This document shows, in pieces, positions 27,642 to 41,440 of a DNA stretch of 64,000 nt. Every line of letters starts with the position of its first letter. The stretch's first letter is position 1. A program made the position numbers and the translations under genes. The notes below the pieces were generated by a model. It saw only the letters and a list, made by a program, of their open reading frames with translations. It was not told where the DNA came from and ran no database searches. The stretch comes from Dicyema japonicum (lineage: Eukaryota > Animalia > Dicyemida), in contig RDEW01000017.1 of assembly GCA_011109175.1 (NCBI GenBank), positions 689,855-753,854 of the forward strand, in the 5' to 3' direction.

Positions 27642-30240
27642 TTAAAAAGTGGAATCCTAGGAAAATAAATAATACTAAACCTTAATAATAAATGATGAAA
27701 AAGTACATCGCCTTTTAGATTTTGAAGGTAATGACATTAACTCAGTTATAAAATCAACATGTTCATCACAAAATAAACGATCATCCGATGATATAACTAG
27801 TCGACCGCTGGCATGATTATCACAAAATGACGTAATGCATAAAGAACAATAGTGTGATGATCGGGAACCACAAAAATCACAAAAATGACGAGGGCAAACC
27901 CATAATCCAGAAAATTTACTTTCTTTGATCTTTACACATTCATAATGGTATCTTTCTTCACAAACATAACAGACACATTTTGTCAGGGAACAATATTTTT
28001 TACACCGATAACAAATATTCTTTTTATTTGTTTGCTTTTCGACAATTGATTCTTTTTCATCTAATTGGCCAAGATATCCTTTGCATTTATTAGTACCGCA
28101 ATGACAGGGAATGCGATCTCCGCCGATATACTTAAAATTATAATTGAACGTAAGTTCTGTATCTAAAAATAATGAACTGATCATCCCAACCCTTTGGAAT
28201 ATCATTTATAGCAAAAAAACCAACTCGAGGTTCTCCATTCACATTCCACATTTGCGTGATAACATTGGGATCGCAGCTATGGTTCATAAACCTAGAAAGA
28301 TTGCCTTTATATTTAGCATCGATAATACTAAAAATAATATGAAAGGTAACCGATTTTTTGATATACACAAAAAATAAAAATTATTGTCGTCAAATATATA
28401 AAGATGTCGCAGCCGATTTTTCATTTCTTCCTCTGTAATAATTTCTCCAACATATTCATTAATAAAACGCCCCTTAAAATTTAGAAAAAATGAACTTTCT
28501 TAATTTCTTCCAATGTTCTTAGTCCATATCCAGTATTATTAGATGTCCTAAAAAATTCTTGCTTTGGATATAAGCGACGCGAGAAAAATCGGTTTTTACA
28601 TTCTTTACCATTTGGGCAAAGAGATGGATGACACTCATACATAAGAGAACGAGTATAACATCTCTCATCAGAGCATAACTCCACATCTGTACACTCACAG
28701 CGAGACAGAGTTGATAAGTCAACTTTAACGGGTTTAGCCACTCCAGAATAGTGATTAAACTATAATTTAATGGATTTTAAAATTTTACTTTAATTTTTTT
28801 GAAATGTGGCGAAGTTAGTTCACAGAAATAATCCTGTTCAATTTTGTTATGCCATACTGTCCACTCATTTAAGGCAATTTTTGCCAAGGAAATGGCTAAT
28901 ATAAAATTTAAGTATGAAACATTCAATATATGACTCGTCAAGATCAGAAAATCTGAATGTCACATTCATGTCGTCTTCAATATTAAATTTAGAAACTCTG
29001 AAATGTCAAATTAAATTTACGTAAATTTATTACACCAAGCATAATTGTCACCACCTCCAAAAAAGCGGACAATAAATTCTCCTCTCTTATGCTTGCTTTT
29101 TTTGATCTTCTCGGGAACTAAATGAAGAAGACAAATTTCAGCGGGCCACCATCTAATATTAAAAGGCGATAATCAACCTAAAGGATATAAATTTGGCCCA
29201 AACAATGTCTCCATACAAAGGCCTAAATCCAGATATGCAATCCTTGCACTGCCATAATTGACTACAAAAAATTTGCTGATTTGAAGAAAGGCATTTCAAA
29301 TGAAATGAGGATGAGCACGAATCACAACAAAGTAATTGTCCTCCTTGAAATATTAAAAATAAAAACCTTGTCCACATATAAAACAGATACTAATATTAGA
29401 TTTATTCATCTGAAAATGATCGGGGCATAAAATCTCGGTAGAAGAAATAAAATACGTCCCAGCTGGTAAACAGTAATAACTTTGATGATATGTGTTAGGA
29501 CACCACAAACAGGATATCAAATTTGCTAAGGATATAAAAAAACGACATACTTTTAAAATTTTCAAGAGGGAACTTCCTTCTTGAGGCATAGCAAGTAACA
29601 CAGTAGTGTCTTGAGCAATAAAAAATTTCATGGTAGCCGAAACAATTATCTCCACGAAAATTCATAATACAGTTTACGTCGTAATGAAGATTGCAGCCAT
29701 CGTATCCACAAATTCGAAGACAAATATTGTTCTTTTTGCAGATAAAACAACATTCTTTATTTATAGCTAAAAATATTATATTTTTAAAATTGAAATATCC
29801 TTTTAGTAATTAAATAATAAATCCAAATTACTTTTTGCAGAAATAATGCAGCCATTGCAATAATTGCTGCCTTCATAGGATTCAAGACACGATTTGTGAA
29901 AACTTTGTCTGCAAGGGCCATCACAAAGGACGGAGTTATTTTCAAAACATTTAATCACTTTTTTACTACAGCCAAAACAATCAGATTTGCATTCATGTGA
30001 AAATTGCGAGATGTCGATATTTGGCTTTATGTAAGAAAATTGTAGTTTTCGATTCAATTTAACGTCAGTCTTGTTAACAAGTTCGTGGATATTAATCTCG
30101 AAGTTAGTTAAGAGAATTACTTTATCTTTAACATATTTTTTTTCGTTTACTTGGAAATCGACGAATTCTTCAGAGTCTAAATACTTTTCATTGGCTTTTA
30201 CGGCAAGTTTTTTTCTAGGTGAGATAGCTAAAAATCAAAT
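27642..30240 (-). CDS. NSD: NSD-family histone H3K36 methyltransferase (PHD cluster-PWWP-AWS-SET-postSET-PHD/C5HCH); 5' end unresolved
   Basis: PHD fingers ([18 protein letters not shown]), [14 protein letters not shown]|[55 protein letters not shown], post-[24 protein letters not shown] and CPRHFCDFC. Last exon DSTF* ends at 27642. Confidence 0.95.
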
Positions 30241-30560
30241 AAATTTAATTTGTCACAATAATCACACATAAGATGAATGTGTTTAAATTTATTTAAACAA
30301 TAAATATTTTCAAGAAAGTAATTAATGAAATTCTTTAAGTTAAAAAATAAATAATTTTTAACCAGAATGACCAGATAACTTAGAATGTGCCTCGTAGGGA
30401 CCTTCCATATCTTGGACAATTATGAGGAAGATCGAACAAATGCAAAATATGGCTTTCAGGGTTACGGAGTTGTGGACTTGTGGGGATTATCGAACAAGAC
30501 CTCTGGAGGCCTTTATGCGACTGGACTTCAGAATGCGGTAATACAGTCTCGTAAATTCAT

Positions 30561-33500
30561 TTAGCCACTTAGTACGGTCATGTACGGGCACGTGGGAGGA
30601 ACACTAGGACTAAGATAAGGTTTCTAATGCAACTCATCTGGATCATGTGATAATTAGTTTGATTTTACCGTGGTATTGCGATGTTAAATAGATAAAATAG
30701 TACTATAACAATGTTCTTTGGTTCAATTTTCTCCGCTGACTACTTGGTCGAAGGTTTTTCCTCCTTTTCTACCTTCTTTCTACTAGAGTGAACCCATGTG
30801 ATTCATTTGTTTCAGATAAAGTACGTAAATTCACTTCCTACACGCAATGTCTTATTATTACTATTAGTACTTTCACGAGAGCCTCACATGTGCAGCAAAA
30901 ATTATAAGAGAAAGAGTTAACTTGTTCCATGCTTTTCTGTTTTTAGACAGATCCTTCAGTGTGTCCAGGTCGTCCCCAGATGTCAATGTTTTTTTACGGC
31001 TTTCAGATCGTTTTGTAAAACGACTGAGAGGGTTGTTCTCGGTCATCCACGAAAGCGTTTTACATGGGAGGAGTAGTAATCTTCCATGGCGATATTCGGG
31101 CGCAATTTCTTGCGAATCAAAAGCAAACTAAACTTTCTCAAGCATCGGAATTGCCTTTTACCCGTAATAAATGACGTTTATTTTTTTAATAATTAAGATA
31201 TAAAAACTATAAATTAGTAAGCAGCTCTCGCAATTGAGAGCTCATTCTTCTTAAGATATATTCTATTAGCCATCTTCTTAACTTTTTTTGCTGTCAACGA
31301 TCGATAGAAAGCGAGTTTTTTTTTTATAGAATCTACGTTTCGACTGCGTTGGTCTTGATAAAAAATGTTTTTTTAAAGGATTTCAGCTTTCCCTAAGGCT
31401 GATACCAGGTGAGTAACCACAGTGAGGTTAAAAAATCAGAAACCATCTACACAAATTGCTTCACATGTCAGTTATTTCTCATTATTCCATGGGAGAAAAT
31501 GTCTATAATTCTTTTCCTATTTCTTGTGATTCCAGAGTTATTAATTAATTTATTTTTGCGTACTTTTTCTTATTTTAACAGTGAATATATCCGAGGTGAA
31601 GAACTTCTTTCAGTGAATATAAGTTCTGAACAAATGAAAGAAGTGTAAGGTACACAAACAATGCAAGTTCAAATGCCGTCCGGCTTAAAAATTGAACTAA
31701 TTAGGAGGATCATCTGTCATAAGTATTTGGTAATAGTTAATATGATTCCATCTATATCGCTAATAATAATAGTTTCAATTTCTAAGATGGCAAATGAATA
31801 TACATTACAAAACATATGATTAGAAAATAGAGATAAATTAAAAAAAAGTCATAGGTTGCTGCAGAAAGCTTGGGGAGAAATTTATAATTTTCTAATTTAA
31901 ACGTTATTACTGAAAAATTCTATATAATCATCATGTTGGTTATTATTACAAATTAGTTTTTAATGCTCAATTTGGTTTTAAGTACAAATTGACATTGATT
32001 TAATAAATTGAAATTACATGGTAACATATGAAGATAACGATCAAAGGTGAATTTTGAAAATAGTATCAATTATTACTACTATAGTATCAATTATTAATTA
32101 TTACCACTATAAAACAAGGTTTAGAATATTTAATTTATATTAATTTAATTATTTTAAATAATCCATTTAATGTCAATATATTTTGGTTACACAATGTATT
32201 AGTAATAAATGTATTGATAAAATCATTAAAATCCATAGAAATAGAAAAAATGAGTGTATGAGATTATTTTTAATTAACTTTTCAGAATATTTATGATGAC
32301 TTTATTCTGAACCACCTCAAGAATTATGGATATTTTAGGAATAAAGTATTTTTAAATAAATGTACCCAAAAGAGTTTTAGTGATTCAAAAGTTATAAAAA
32401 ATGAGAATAAGGATGCACCAAGGAGAAAAATAAGTTCCGACTTAGATTCTTTTGAATATAAATTCAGTGATTTCGCATATCCTGATGGAATTGACTTAAC
32501 AAAAGGAAGTCCGTCATTAATCATGAAAGACTGTTTTAAAGATTTAAAAGAGCCCTTTTATGAAAAAAGTTTTTTTTCATAAACTTATTTAAAAGTTGAA
32601 AATGGAAATAATCCGTCAATTAAGTCAAATCTATNTTAGCCACTTAGTACGGTCATGTACGGGCACGAGGGAGGAACACTAGGACTAAGATAAGGTTTCT
32701 AATGCAACTCATCTGGATCATGTGATAATTAGTTTGATTTTACCGTGGTATTGCGATGTTAAATAGATAAAATAGTACTATAACAATGTTCTTTGGTTCA
32801 ATTTTCTTTGCTGACTTCTTGGTCGAAGGTTTTTCCTTCTTTTCTATCTTCTTTCTACTAGAGTGAACCAAAGTGATTCATTTGTTTCAGATAAAGTACG
32901 TAAATTCACTTCCTACACGCAATGTCTTATTATTAGTATTAGTACTTTCACGAGAGCCTCACATGTGCAGCAAAAATTATAGAGAAAGAGTTAACTTGTT
33001 CCAGGCTTTTCTGTTTTTAGACAGATCCCTCAGTGTGTCCAGGTCGTCGCCAGATGTCAATGTTTTTTTACGGCTTTCAGATCGTTTTGTAAAACGACTG
33101 AGAGGGTTGTTCTCGGTCATCTACGAAAGCATTTTACATGGGAGGAGTAGTAATCTTCCATGGCGATATTCGGGCGCAATTTCTTGCGAATCGAAAACAA
33201 ACTAAACTTTTCAGAGCATCGGAATTGCCTTTTACCCGTAATAAATGACGTTTATTTTTTTAATAATTAAGATATAAAAACTATAAAGTAGTAAGCAGCT
33301 CTCGCAATTGAGAGCTCATTCCTTCTTAAGATATATTCTATTAGCCATCTATCTTCCAACTTTTTTTTACTGTCAACGATCGATAGAAAGCGAGTTTTTT
33401 TTGATTATAGAATCTACGAAATTTCGAATGCGTTGACTTGATAAAAAATGTTTTTTTAAAGATTTCAGCTTTCCCTAAGGCTGATATCAGGTGATTAACC

Positions 33501-34692
33501 ACAGTGAGGTTAAAAAATCAGAACACAAATTGCTTCACATGTCAGTTATTTCTCATATTCCATGGGAGAAAATGTCTATAATTCTTTTCCTATTTCTTGT
33601 GATTCCAGAGTTATTAATTAATTTATTTTTGCGTACTTTTTCTTATTTTAACAGTGAATATATCCGAGGTGAAGAACTTTTTTCGAGATATCACCAACCA
33701 TAAGTTCTGAACAAATGAAAGAAGTGTAAGGTACACAAACAATGCAAGTTCAAATGCCGTCCGGCTTAAAAATTGAACTAATTAGGAGGATCATCTGTCA
33801 TAAGTATTTGGTAATAGTTAATATGATTCCATCTATATCGCTAATAATAATAGTTTCAATTTCTAAGATGGCAAATGAATATACATTACAAAACATATGA
33901 TTAGAAAATAGAGATAAATTAAAAAAAAGTCATAGGTTGCTGCAGAAAGCTTGGGGAGAAATTTATAATTTTTTAATTTAAACGTTATTACTGAAAAATT
34001 CTATATAATCATCATGTTGGTTATTATTACAAATTAGTTTTTAATGCTCAATTTGGTTTTAAGTACAAATTGACATTGATTTAATAAATTGAAATTACAT
34101 GGTAACATATGAAGATAACGATCAAAGGTGAATTTTGAAAATAGTATCAATTATTAATTATTACCACTATAAAACAAGGTTTAGAATATTTAATTTATAT
34201 TAATTTAATTATTTTAAATAATCCATTTAATGTCAATATATTTTGGTTACACAATGTATTAGTAATAAATGTATTGATAAAATCATTAAAATCCATAGAA
34301 ATAGAAAAAATGAGTGTATGAGATTATTTTTAATTAACTTTTCAGAATATTTATGATGACTTTATTCTGAACCACCTCAAGAATTATGGATATTTTAGGA
34401 ATAAAGTATTTTTGAATAAATGTACCCAAAAGAGTTTTAGTGATTCAAAAGTTATAAAAAATGAGAATAAGGATGCACCAAGGAGAAAAATAAGTTCCGA
34501 CTTAGATTCTTTTGAATATAAATTCAGTGATTTCGCATATCCTGATGGAATTGACTTAACAAAAGGAAGTCCGTCATTAATCATGAAAGACTGTTTTAAA
34601 GATTTAAAAGAGCCCTTTTATGAAAAAAGTTTTTTTATAAACTTATTTAAAAGTTGAAAATGGAAATAATCCGTCAATTAAGTCAAATCTAT
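30561..34692. repeat. ~2.07-kb direct duplication (30561-32634 / 32636-34692) joined by an N; likely uncollapsed haplotype overlap
   Basis: Copies are separated by the single 'n' at 32635 and differ by SNPs and small indels. The unit includes an RTE 3' fragment and the first exons of the carboxypeptidase gene. Confidence 0.85.
30850..31150 (-). mobile_element. RTE-like 3' fragment (duplicated at ~32930-33210)
   Basis: NIAMEDYY..RFRG*PRTTLSVVL..GDDLDTLKDLSKNRKAWNKL, with a short TAA-type tail. Confidence 0.7.
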
Positions 34693-37073
34693 CTAATGAG
34701 GTCGTAACCATGGATATTATTTATGATAATATTCCACAAATTGTACATTTTTATAAAATTATTTTCAAATATTGTCAAAATTACTTTTATAGCATGCAAA
34801 TAAATTAATTGGTACGAAAAATTATTTAAATTGTGGACAAATTAAATATGTCGAGAAAAATGATTTACTACATTTTGACTCGCGTTTTGAAAGCGGAAAT
34901 TTAAGAAGAGTTGTTTCAACGTAATAAATTTTATAAATCTTAGTGGAAATAATTCTTACGAGTTGTGGATGCGGCCAGATATTTTTAGCAAAAAATATAC
35001 TCAATGGTTCTATTTTAGTATTAAAAATGTCAATCCAAACGTAAAATATCGATTTACAATTTGCAATTTTTATAAAGTAATAAAAAAATAATTTCCAGAA
35101 TAAAAGTTTATTTATGAATGGAATGAAACCTTTAATTTATATTCCTTTTAAACCTGTTGGGTGGACAAGATTTGGAACAGATTTTCTTATTATGAGACTG
35201 ACATAAAGTAATTAAAATCGATTTTATTTTAGATATCGACGAAATAGAAATTATTTTGCTTTAACTTTTTGTTTTCAATTAAAAAATTGTAAGGATCCTA
35301 ACGCCAAATTTTATGTAGCCTCATGCTATCCATACACATATTCAGATTTAAAAGTTTAGATTGATGTATCTTTATTTTTAGAAAAATATCAAGAGGATTA
35401 TTAATTGCCCTATTTTGGCAAAAATTTGCAAAGTTCGCCGTCTTTGCAATACATTGGCAGGAAATATAGTATATATTTTGACAATTACGAGTTCCAATGA
35501 GGTTATAGCATAAAATTATAAAAGGACTCAAATAAGAAAGGAGTTGTCTTGAGCGCACGTGTTCATCCTGGTGAATCTAACTCCAGTTTTGTTATTCAAG
35601 GAATAATTGATTATTTATTGGAGGATTCCATTCAAGCCAAAAAATTAAGAAATTCATTTATTTTTAAAATTATTCCAATGCTTAATCCTGATGGAGTTAT
35701 TCTCGGAAATTATCGTTGTTCTTTATCAGGAAGAGATCTAAATCGAACATACAATTCTTGTCTTACTGCGTTATTCTATCCAACGATTCAAAATATCAAA
35801 CAAGTCATTCTTAAGTTTTTTAATTATTTATTAAAAGTCTAAAGCAACAAACAGGGGACATAATGTTCTGCGATATTCATGGTCATAGCAAAAAACATGG
35901 AATTTTTATGTTCGGATGTGGGCCGAGAAATAAATTAAATGATCACACGAAAGCATCTAAAGATTCCATTTTTCCATTTTTAATTCATGAATTTTATCCA
36001 GAAATATTTACTTTTAAAAATTGTCGATTCCACATGGAAGGAAGAAAAAACGGAACAGGAAGACAAAACACTTGGTATAATGGTGTAGATTATAGTTATA
36101 CAATGGAAGTAAGTTTTATAATTTATTTGTAGATCAGTCTAGGTGGGGGATATGATAATACATCCAGCAAGTATATACATTTTTCTTTGACTACACTGAA
36201 AACTGTTGGACGACATTTTTTAGATACATGGTTATACTTTAAACAGCAGAATAATGTTGGTGTTTAAATAACTTATTTATGATTAGAATTCCCAATTATT
36301 TATTGAAATAGAAAATAGATGTAATCGTAATTATTTGAATGAAGAAATGATTGAAGGGTGAGGAAATTATTTTAATAATCTTAGTGATGAAAATACAGAT
36401 TCTGATAGTTCTGTCTCCGATGGTCCTCCAATTCAGTATGAACAATTTTTCAAGAAGAAAAAACGGGTAATTTTATTTATATATTAAAACTAAGAAACGG
36501 AAGAAAAGTAACACCAATGATATTCTATGGAAAAAATCTATTAAAATGCTCAAAAAAATAAAGATCAATAAGCATTTTATTTTAGAATTTAAATCAATTG
36601 AGGTTATTGTTGTTGATTACAAATAGCCTGCTAAAGAATCGATAAAGAAAAGTACAAAGTTACAGGAAATTAATCAAAAATTTTACATCGATAGTTTATT
36701 AAAATTTTATGTTTTAGAATTAAAAAATAAAAATTCAAAAGTGGACAAATTTCCAAATATAATTACTATGCCAAATAAATCACATTTTCCGACACATAAT
36801 AAATTTGTCAAAAGATGTGAGGAAAATAAAATTATTATGAATCCATTACCATCTGAATATCCATTAAAACATTTTTTAAATATGGAAGAATTGGTGTCAG
36901 CTTCTCAGTTGTTAAAATATAAATCTCATGTAAAGGATAGTTTGAATTTTACTAACAAAAATACTCAAAGTAAAAAACCCGATAAATCCAATAATTATTT
37001 AAAACTTAGAAGGCCAATCACTGTCCAATTAAAATTTTCAGACAATAATCTTTCTCTTGTTCCAAGCGAATAA
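34310..37073 (+). CDS. AGBL2: Cytosolic carboxypeptidase 2/3-like tubulin deglutamylase (M14D)
   Basis: N-terminus YDDFILNHLKNYGYF; FDSRFESGNL; TQWFYF; ARVHPGES; PMLNPDGVILGNYRCSLSGRDLNR; DIHGHS; SYTME. Introns as short as 22-24 nt. Confidence 0.9.
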
Positions 37074-37534
37074 AACAATTTCTTAATTTTTAAGTATTAA
37101 TGAAAATTTCTTATGTTTGGTAACATTTGTTAGTCGATGATATTGTCATAACATAATTTAATTAAACTATAACAATCTCTATTTTATATTTTTTTCATGT
37201 CGAATTTATTATGCTGACTGATATTATTATTAGCAACATACATAGAATCATAATAACTACCATCTTATACGTGCAACTTTTGACAGGCGATCCTCGAAGT
37301 TCTTTAAATTTTGGGTTGGACAAGATTGAATCTGAATCCTACATGCACTCGAAATTTCATTTGCTCAAAACTTTCAAATGTCTCCTAAATGTGTCACCTC
37401 GGCCATGCTCATAGGTAAAAGAAACACAAAACCGCTAGTGATATTAGCGATGATAAATTTTTAATTTTATGTGACTTTATATTCAAGTAAATTATTAATT
37501 TAAATGTTCTGACAATTTCACGTAAGCATCATAT

Positions 37535-38440
37535 TATTATTATTATTCCCAGGATCACTGGGTCAAAGAAAGAGAAAGAAATAAAAGTTCTCATCTAACT
37601 AAGTGATCCCAGACCGACAAAGGAGAGGACGAGTCCGGCAGGGTCGAGAATTCTGAACAGCTCTTCTCATTGGACATGGCATCGGCTCAAAATTTCTGTA
37701 TGATGGTAGATATTTCGATAGTGTATGGAATAGAGGGCTGCTCGGTAAACTAGCCTTCTTTAAGAGTTTCCGTTGTAATTCGATTAAGAAATTTTCAATG
37801 GGCTGGATTTCGTGTTCTGGTCCAATTAACCTTATTGCAGTCTCCTCGATTGCGGATAGTTTCAATGAGGAAGATCGTGAAATCTGCATTGCCCATGAAG
37901 GACTTGCATAAGTCATCGTTGGTTGGATAAATTGTTCATAAATTGTGGCAAGGCGACCAGTTTGGTCTCTAAGTGTTTTTGAGAGCACTTTTAAAATTCT
38001 CATTTTCTTCAGAGCAGAAGTTACTTAGTTCTCAACATGTCGGATAAAGGTGAGTCCCTGATCAAAGGTTACTCCCAGAATCTTCGGTGTTTTGTTAATA
38101 GGAATAGCCTTGTTCTTCATAAAGATTTTTGGTTCGATACAAAGCTGTCTTTTGTAAGTGGTAAACAGCGTAACAGAGGACTTTGTTGCTGATGTGTCGA
38201 GTCTCCGCTTCGAGAGCCATAGTTCCAGCTTGTCAAGCATTTGTTGAGCAGACTGAGTCGCTGATTGAATGCTTCTGTCCTTGGAGGCAAGAATGATATC
38301 GTCGGCATAGGAGAGTATTAGACAGTTTTCATTACAGGTTTGTGGCATGTCGTTTATGTAGAGATTGAAGAGTTGGGGTGATAGTGGGGAGCCTTGAGGG
38401 ACTCCATTTGGGAAATAGCGAGATCTTGATTTGATGTTAT
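37535..38440 (-). mobile_element. 5'-truncated APE-type LINE (GIT-hairpin family) with (TAA)n tail and probable 7-bp TSD ATCATAT
   Basis: GVPQGSPLSP, LSYADD and PKILGVTFD motifs; the ORF ends SGIT*. ATCATAT occurs at 37528-37534 and 38441-38447. Confidence 0.85.
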
Positions 38441-38547
38441 ATCATATACTACCATTGCATTTTCTGAAATTCTAAAAAATAATTTTCGTGTTTAGATAAA
38501 ATTATCTAATTATTTTATTTTGTTTAAATTTTGTTTCTACGCGATAA

Positions 38548-39839
38548 ATGGCTTATTTGATTTCATTTTATAATGAAACTGAAAATATTAAAAACGTAAT
38601 ATTTGAACGAACTAAGTAAATTACTTTTTTACTAAATAAATAGAGAGGCTTATTCTAATATCGAAATTGAATATAAAGCTGTTATAAGTATTCAAGCATG
38701 GTATCGTGGCTATAGGTTTCGTAAATGCTTAATGTATTTAAAAACATATTTACGTTTAGATTTTTTAATAAAAATGCTGTTATAATTCAAAGATGGCTTA
38801 GAATGATAACAGATAAAAAGAAATATTTAAGAAAGTTGCAAGTAATTTAATTATACTAAATAAATAGGAAAAAGTGTTCAACATGCAGTATGAATACTAC
38901 AATCAATGTGCTATTTTAGTAATACAAAAATAATTATTTATAGATTCAAAGACATTGGCGTGGATTCTTTACAAGAAAAAATATTTTTGATTTTTATGCA
39001 CGAAAACAATACTTTGCAGCTTTAGTTGATCATAATGAATTTGTGAGGTATAAAGAAAATTCACTATTTATTAGGAAAAATATTGATGAACAAATTAACT
39101 TATAAAAATAGAAAACGAATCATTAGAAATTTGTCAAAAGCATTTGAAAAAAGTTGAATGGGCAAGAAATCATCATCATCTTCTAGTACAAAGTGTCAAC
39201 CTGGAATTTATGTTTCGCAAGAAATTAGTAATGGTAAAAAATCAAAGTATGGCATGAATTATCATTTTTTCTAGATTTAATAGAGCTGAAATTGATAACT
39301 ATATTAGTGAACAATTTATTAAAGAATCTTTTAACACTAAAAAACATATTAATAAAGTTAAAAACACACAGATTCAACAAGAAATAATTTCAAGTTCTGT
39401 TAAATTACCGCCAATTCAAGTTTAATTAAATATCACCAAATTAGGGACCTTTTAAAAATCCGTATGATGTTTACCAAATTCGAAATAAACCTTTAAAACC
39501 ATCTCTTAGATGTCAAACTGATTATTTTTCTTTGGATAGTGCAAGAAGGGAAGAAAAAACGAAAGAATGGATTAAAGTCATAACTGAAGAAAAGTAAACA
39601 AATAATTTTAGATATCTTAAGATTTTATTTCGGTAAAATTCCAAAACCTCAATACGAAAGAAGCCTCCATTTTGATGGTATTTATGGACATATTGATTAT
39701 GGGAATAAATATTTTAGAGAAGAAAATAAAGCAAAATTTATTGGCAAAGTTTTTTTTTCATTTGTTAAATTAAAAGAATTTTAAACTCAGTTATCGCCCA
39801 ATAGGATGTACTTTTGGTGATTTTAACGACAAAATATGA
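38548..39839 (+). CDS. SPATA17: Spermatogenesis-associated protein 17 (IQ-motif ciliary protein)
   Basis: Three IQ motifs (IQAWYRGY, IQRWLR, IQRHWRGFFTRKNIFDFYARKQY), then HHLL(S)TKCQPGIY and QGPFKNP...PLKPSLRCQTDY. One missing base near 39186. Confidence 0.88.
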
Positions 39840-40036
39840 ACTATACTAATTTTCTAACTCTTAACAAACTATTCCTTTCTTAAATAATTTTTTATGATTT
39901 TTTAAAATTTTTATATGATATTAATGTATATAAATTCTACTTTATTTACCTGTGATCACTTGAAGTGAAGAAAAGTGACGGTTTACTGGATATTAAAACC
40001 AAAGATATATTCCAGTGATCAGTCGAATAGATCAGA

Positions 40037-41440
40037 TTATTATTATAGGCACGTACGCGATGCCAAGATCATGACAAAGCATGTGCAACACGAAAAGTTA
40101 ACAATCTATTTAACGTCGCCCATCTTTTTCGATTTGTTGCCATGTTCCGTAGCATATCTAGATCGTCCCCAACTTTAAAGCACTTTCCAATCCTCCTGAG
40201 ATCTTCATCTAGAATAACCGGCAGTGTTGTCCTCGGCCGGCCGCGGAAACGAGAAGCTTCTAAGACAAAATACTCCTCCATTGCTATGTTGGCAGGGGTC
40301 CCCATATCGTGGCGGAGTATGTGTCCAAAAAGCCTCCATCTTGAATCAGTAATATCACATGATATTGGCTCAGTTCCTGTTCTCTTGTATAAGATTACGG
40401 ACGGCATTTTGAAAAAGCTTCGGGAAAAAGGAGTGCTCGGAGATGATTTCTGTGAAAAGAATTCAACAATTCAACTGTCCATTGTACTTTCTTTTCATCC
40501 CTTGCAAACCCATAAGTTTTTTATGGACATTTTGGCAATAACCATCTTGTGATCGCTGTCAATTATAGACCCTCCATAAACACGGGCGTCAGTGACAATA
40601 CTGCGGTCTTTTTGTCTGCAAATAATGTAGTCTATTTGATTGTAGATTTTCGCAATGCTTCCGTCAGACTTAGTTCTATTGCCTGACCAAGTTGTCCTGT
40701 GTCTTGCAGAGTGCATAAAGGTCGTGTTACAAAGGAAAAGGTTAGTTGCTTGACAAAAGTTGGCCAACAATGTTTTTTCAATGTTCCTTTTTCCCCTTCC
40801 ATGTCTTTTAATGAATGATTCCTCTATAGTGATTCGATTTCCAACTTTTTCATTAAGATCACCGGCAATCAATATTAATGTGGAATAAACATAAGATAGA
40901 TTCGCATAAAAGTCGTCAATCTCCTCAGGTTTCTTATTGATCCATTAACTATGTGGAGCATATGCGTTAATAATAGTAAGATAACTTTTCAGAGTTATGA
41001 TCGTCTAATGTTATTTGTAAATCCCAATTGTTTCATTGATAGTCCAATAACGGTATATGCACCGGAGTAGGTCCTTTCTTACAGCAAATCCTAGTCCGTA
41101 ATGTTTTGATCCCTCAGAGAGAAAGATTAACTGAAACTTTCCGTGTTGTTCTTCAAACTCCTTCGATATTTTTGTCTCTTGGAGACATCTGACTGATATC
41201 TTGTATTTTGAGAGGTTTTCACAAAGTTCTTTTCTTTTCCATGCACTAGAGAGTCCTCTGACATTAAACGTTAAAAGTGAAAAGTCATTTAGGTTACAAT
41301 TTTTGTGTTTTTCAGACATACTTTTTCGAGAGGGACGTCACCACCTCAACCAAAAAAGAGGTAGAAGAGGTACAGTGACGAAATCGATTGTCAGATTTTC
41401 TTCATTAGTCTTGTAGCACTGTATAGTGACCACAGGTAAG
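40037..41440 (-). mobile_element. RTE-like LINE with the RT internally deleted (APE joined to the C-terminus), (TAA)n tail
   Basis: TFNVRGL, CLQETK, IAGDLN, NQIDYI and DSDH APE motifs, then RWRLFGHILR...RGRPRTTLP. Confidence 0.85.

Noticed and set aside
30561-34692. 2-kb tandem duplication creating a second carboxypeptidase 5' end
   Set aside because: The junction is a single 'n' (32635) and the differences look allelic. Long reads spanning both copies would be needed to accept it.
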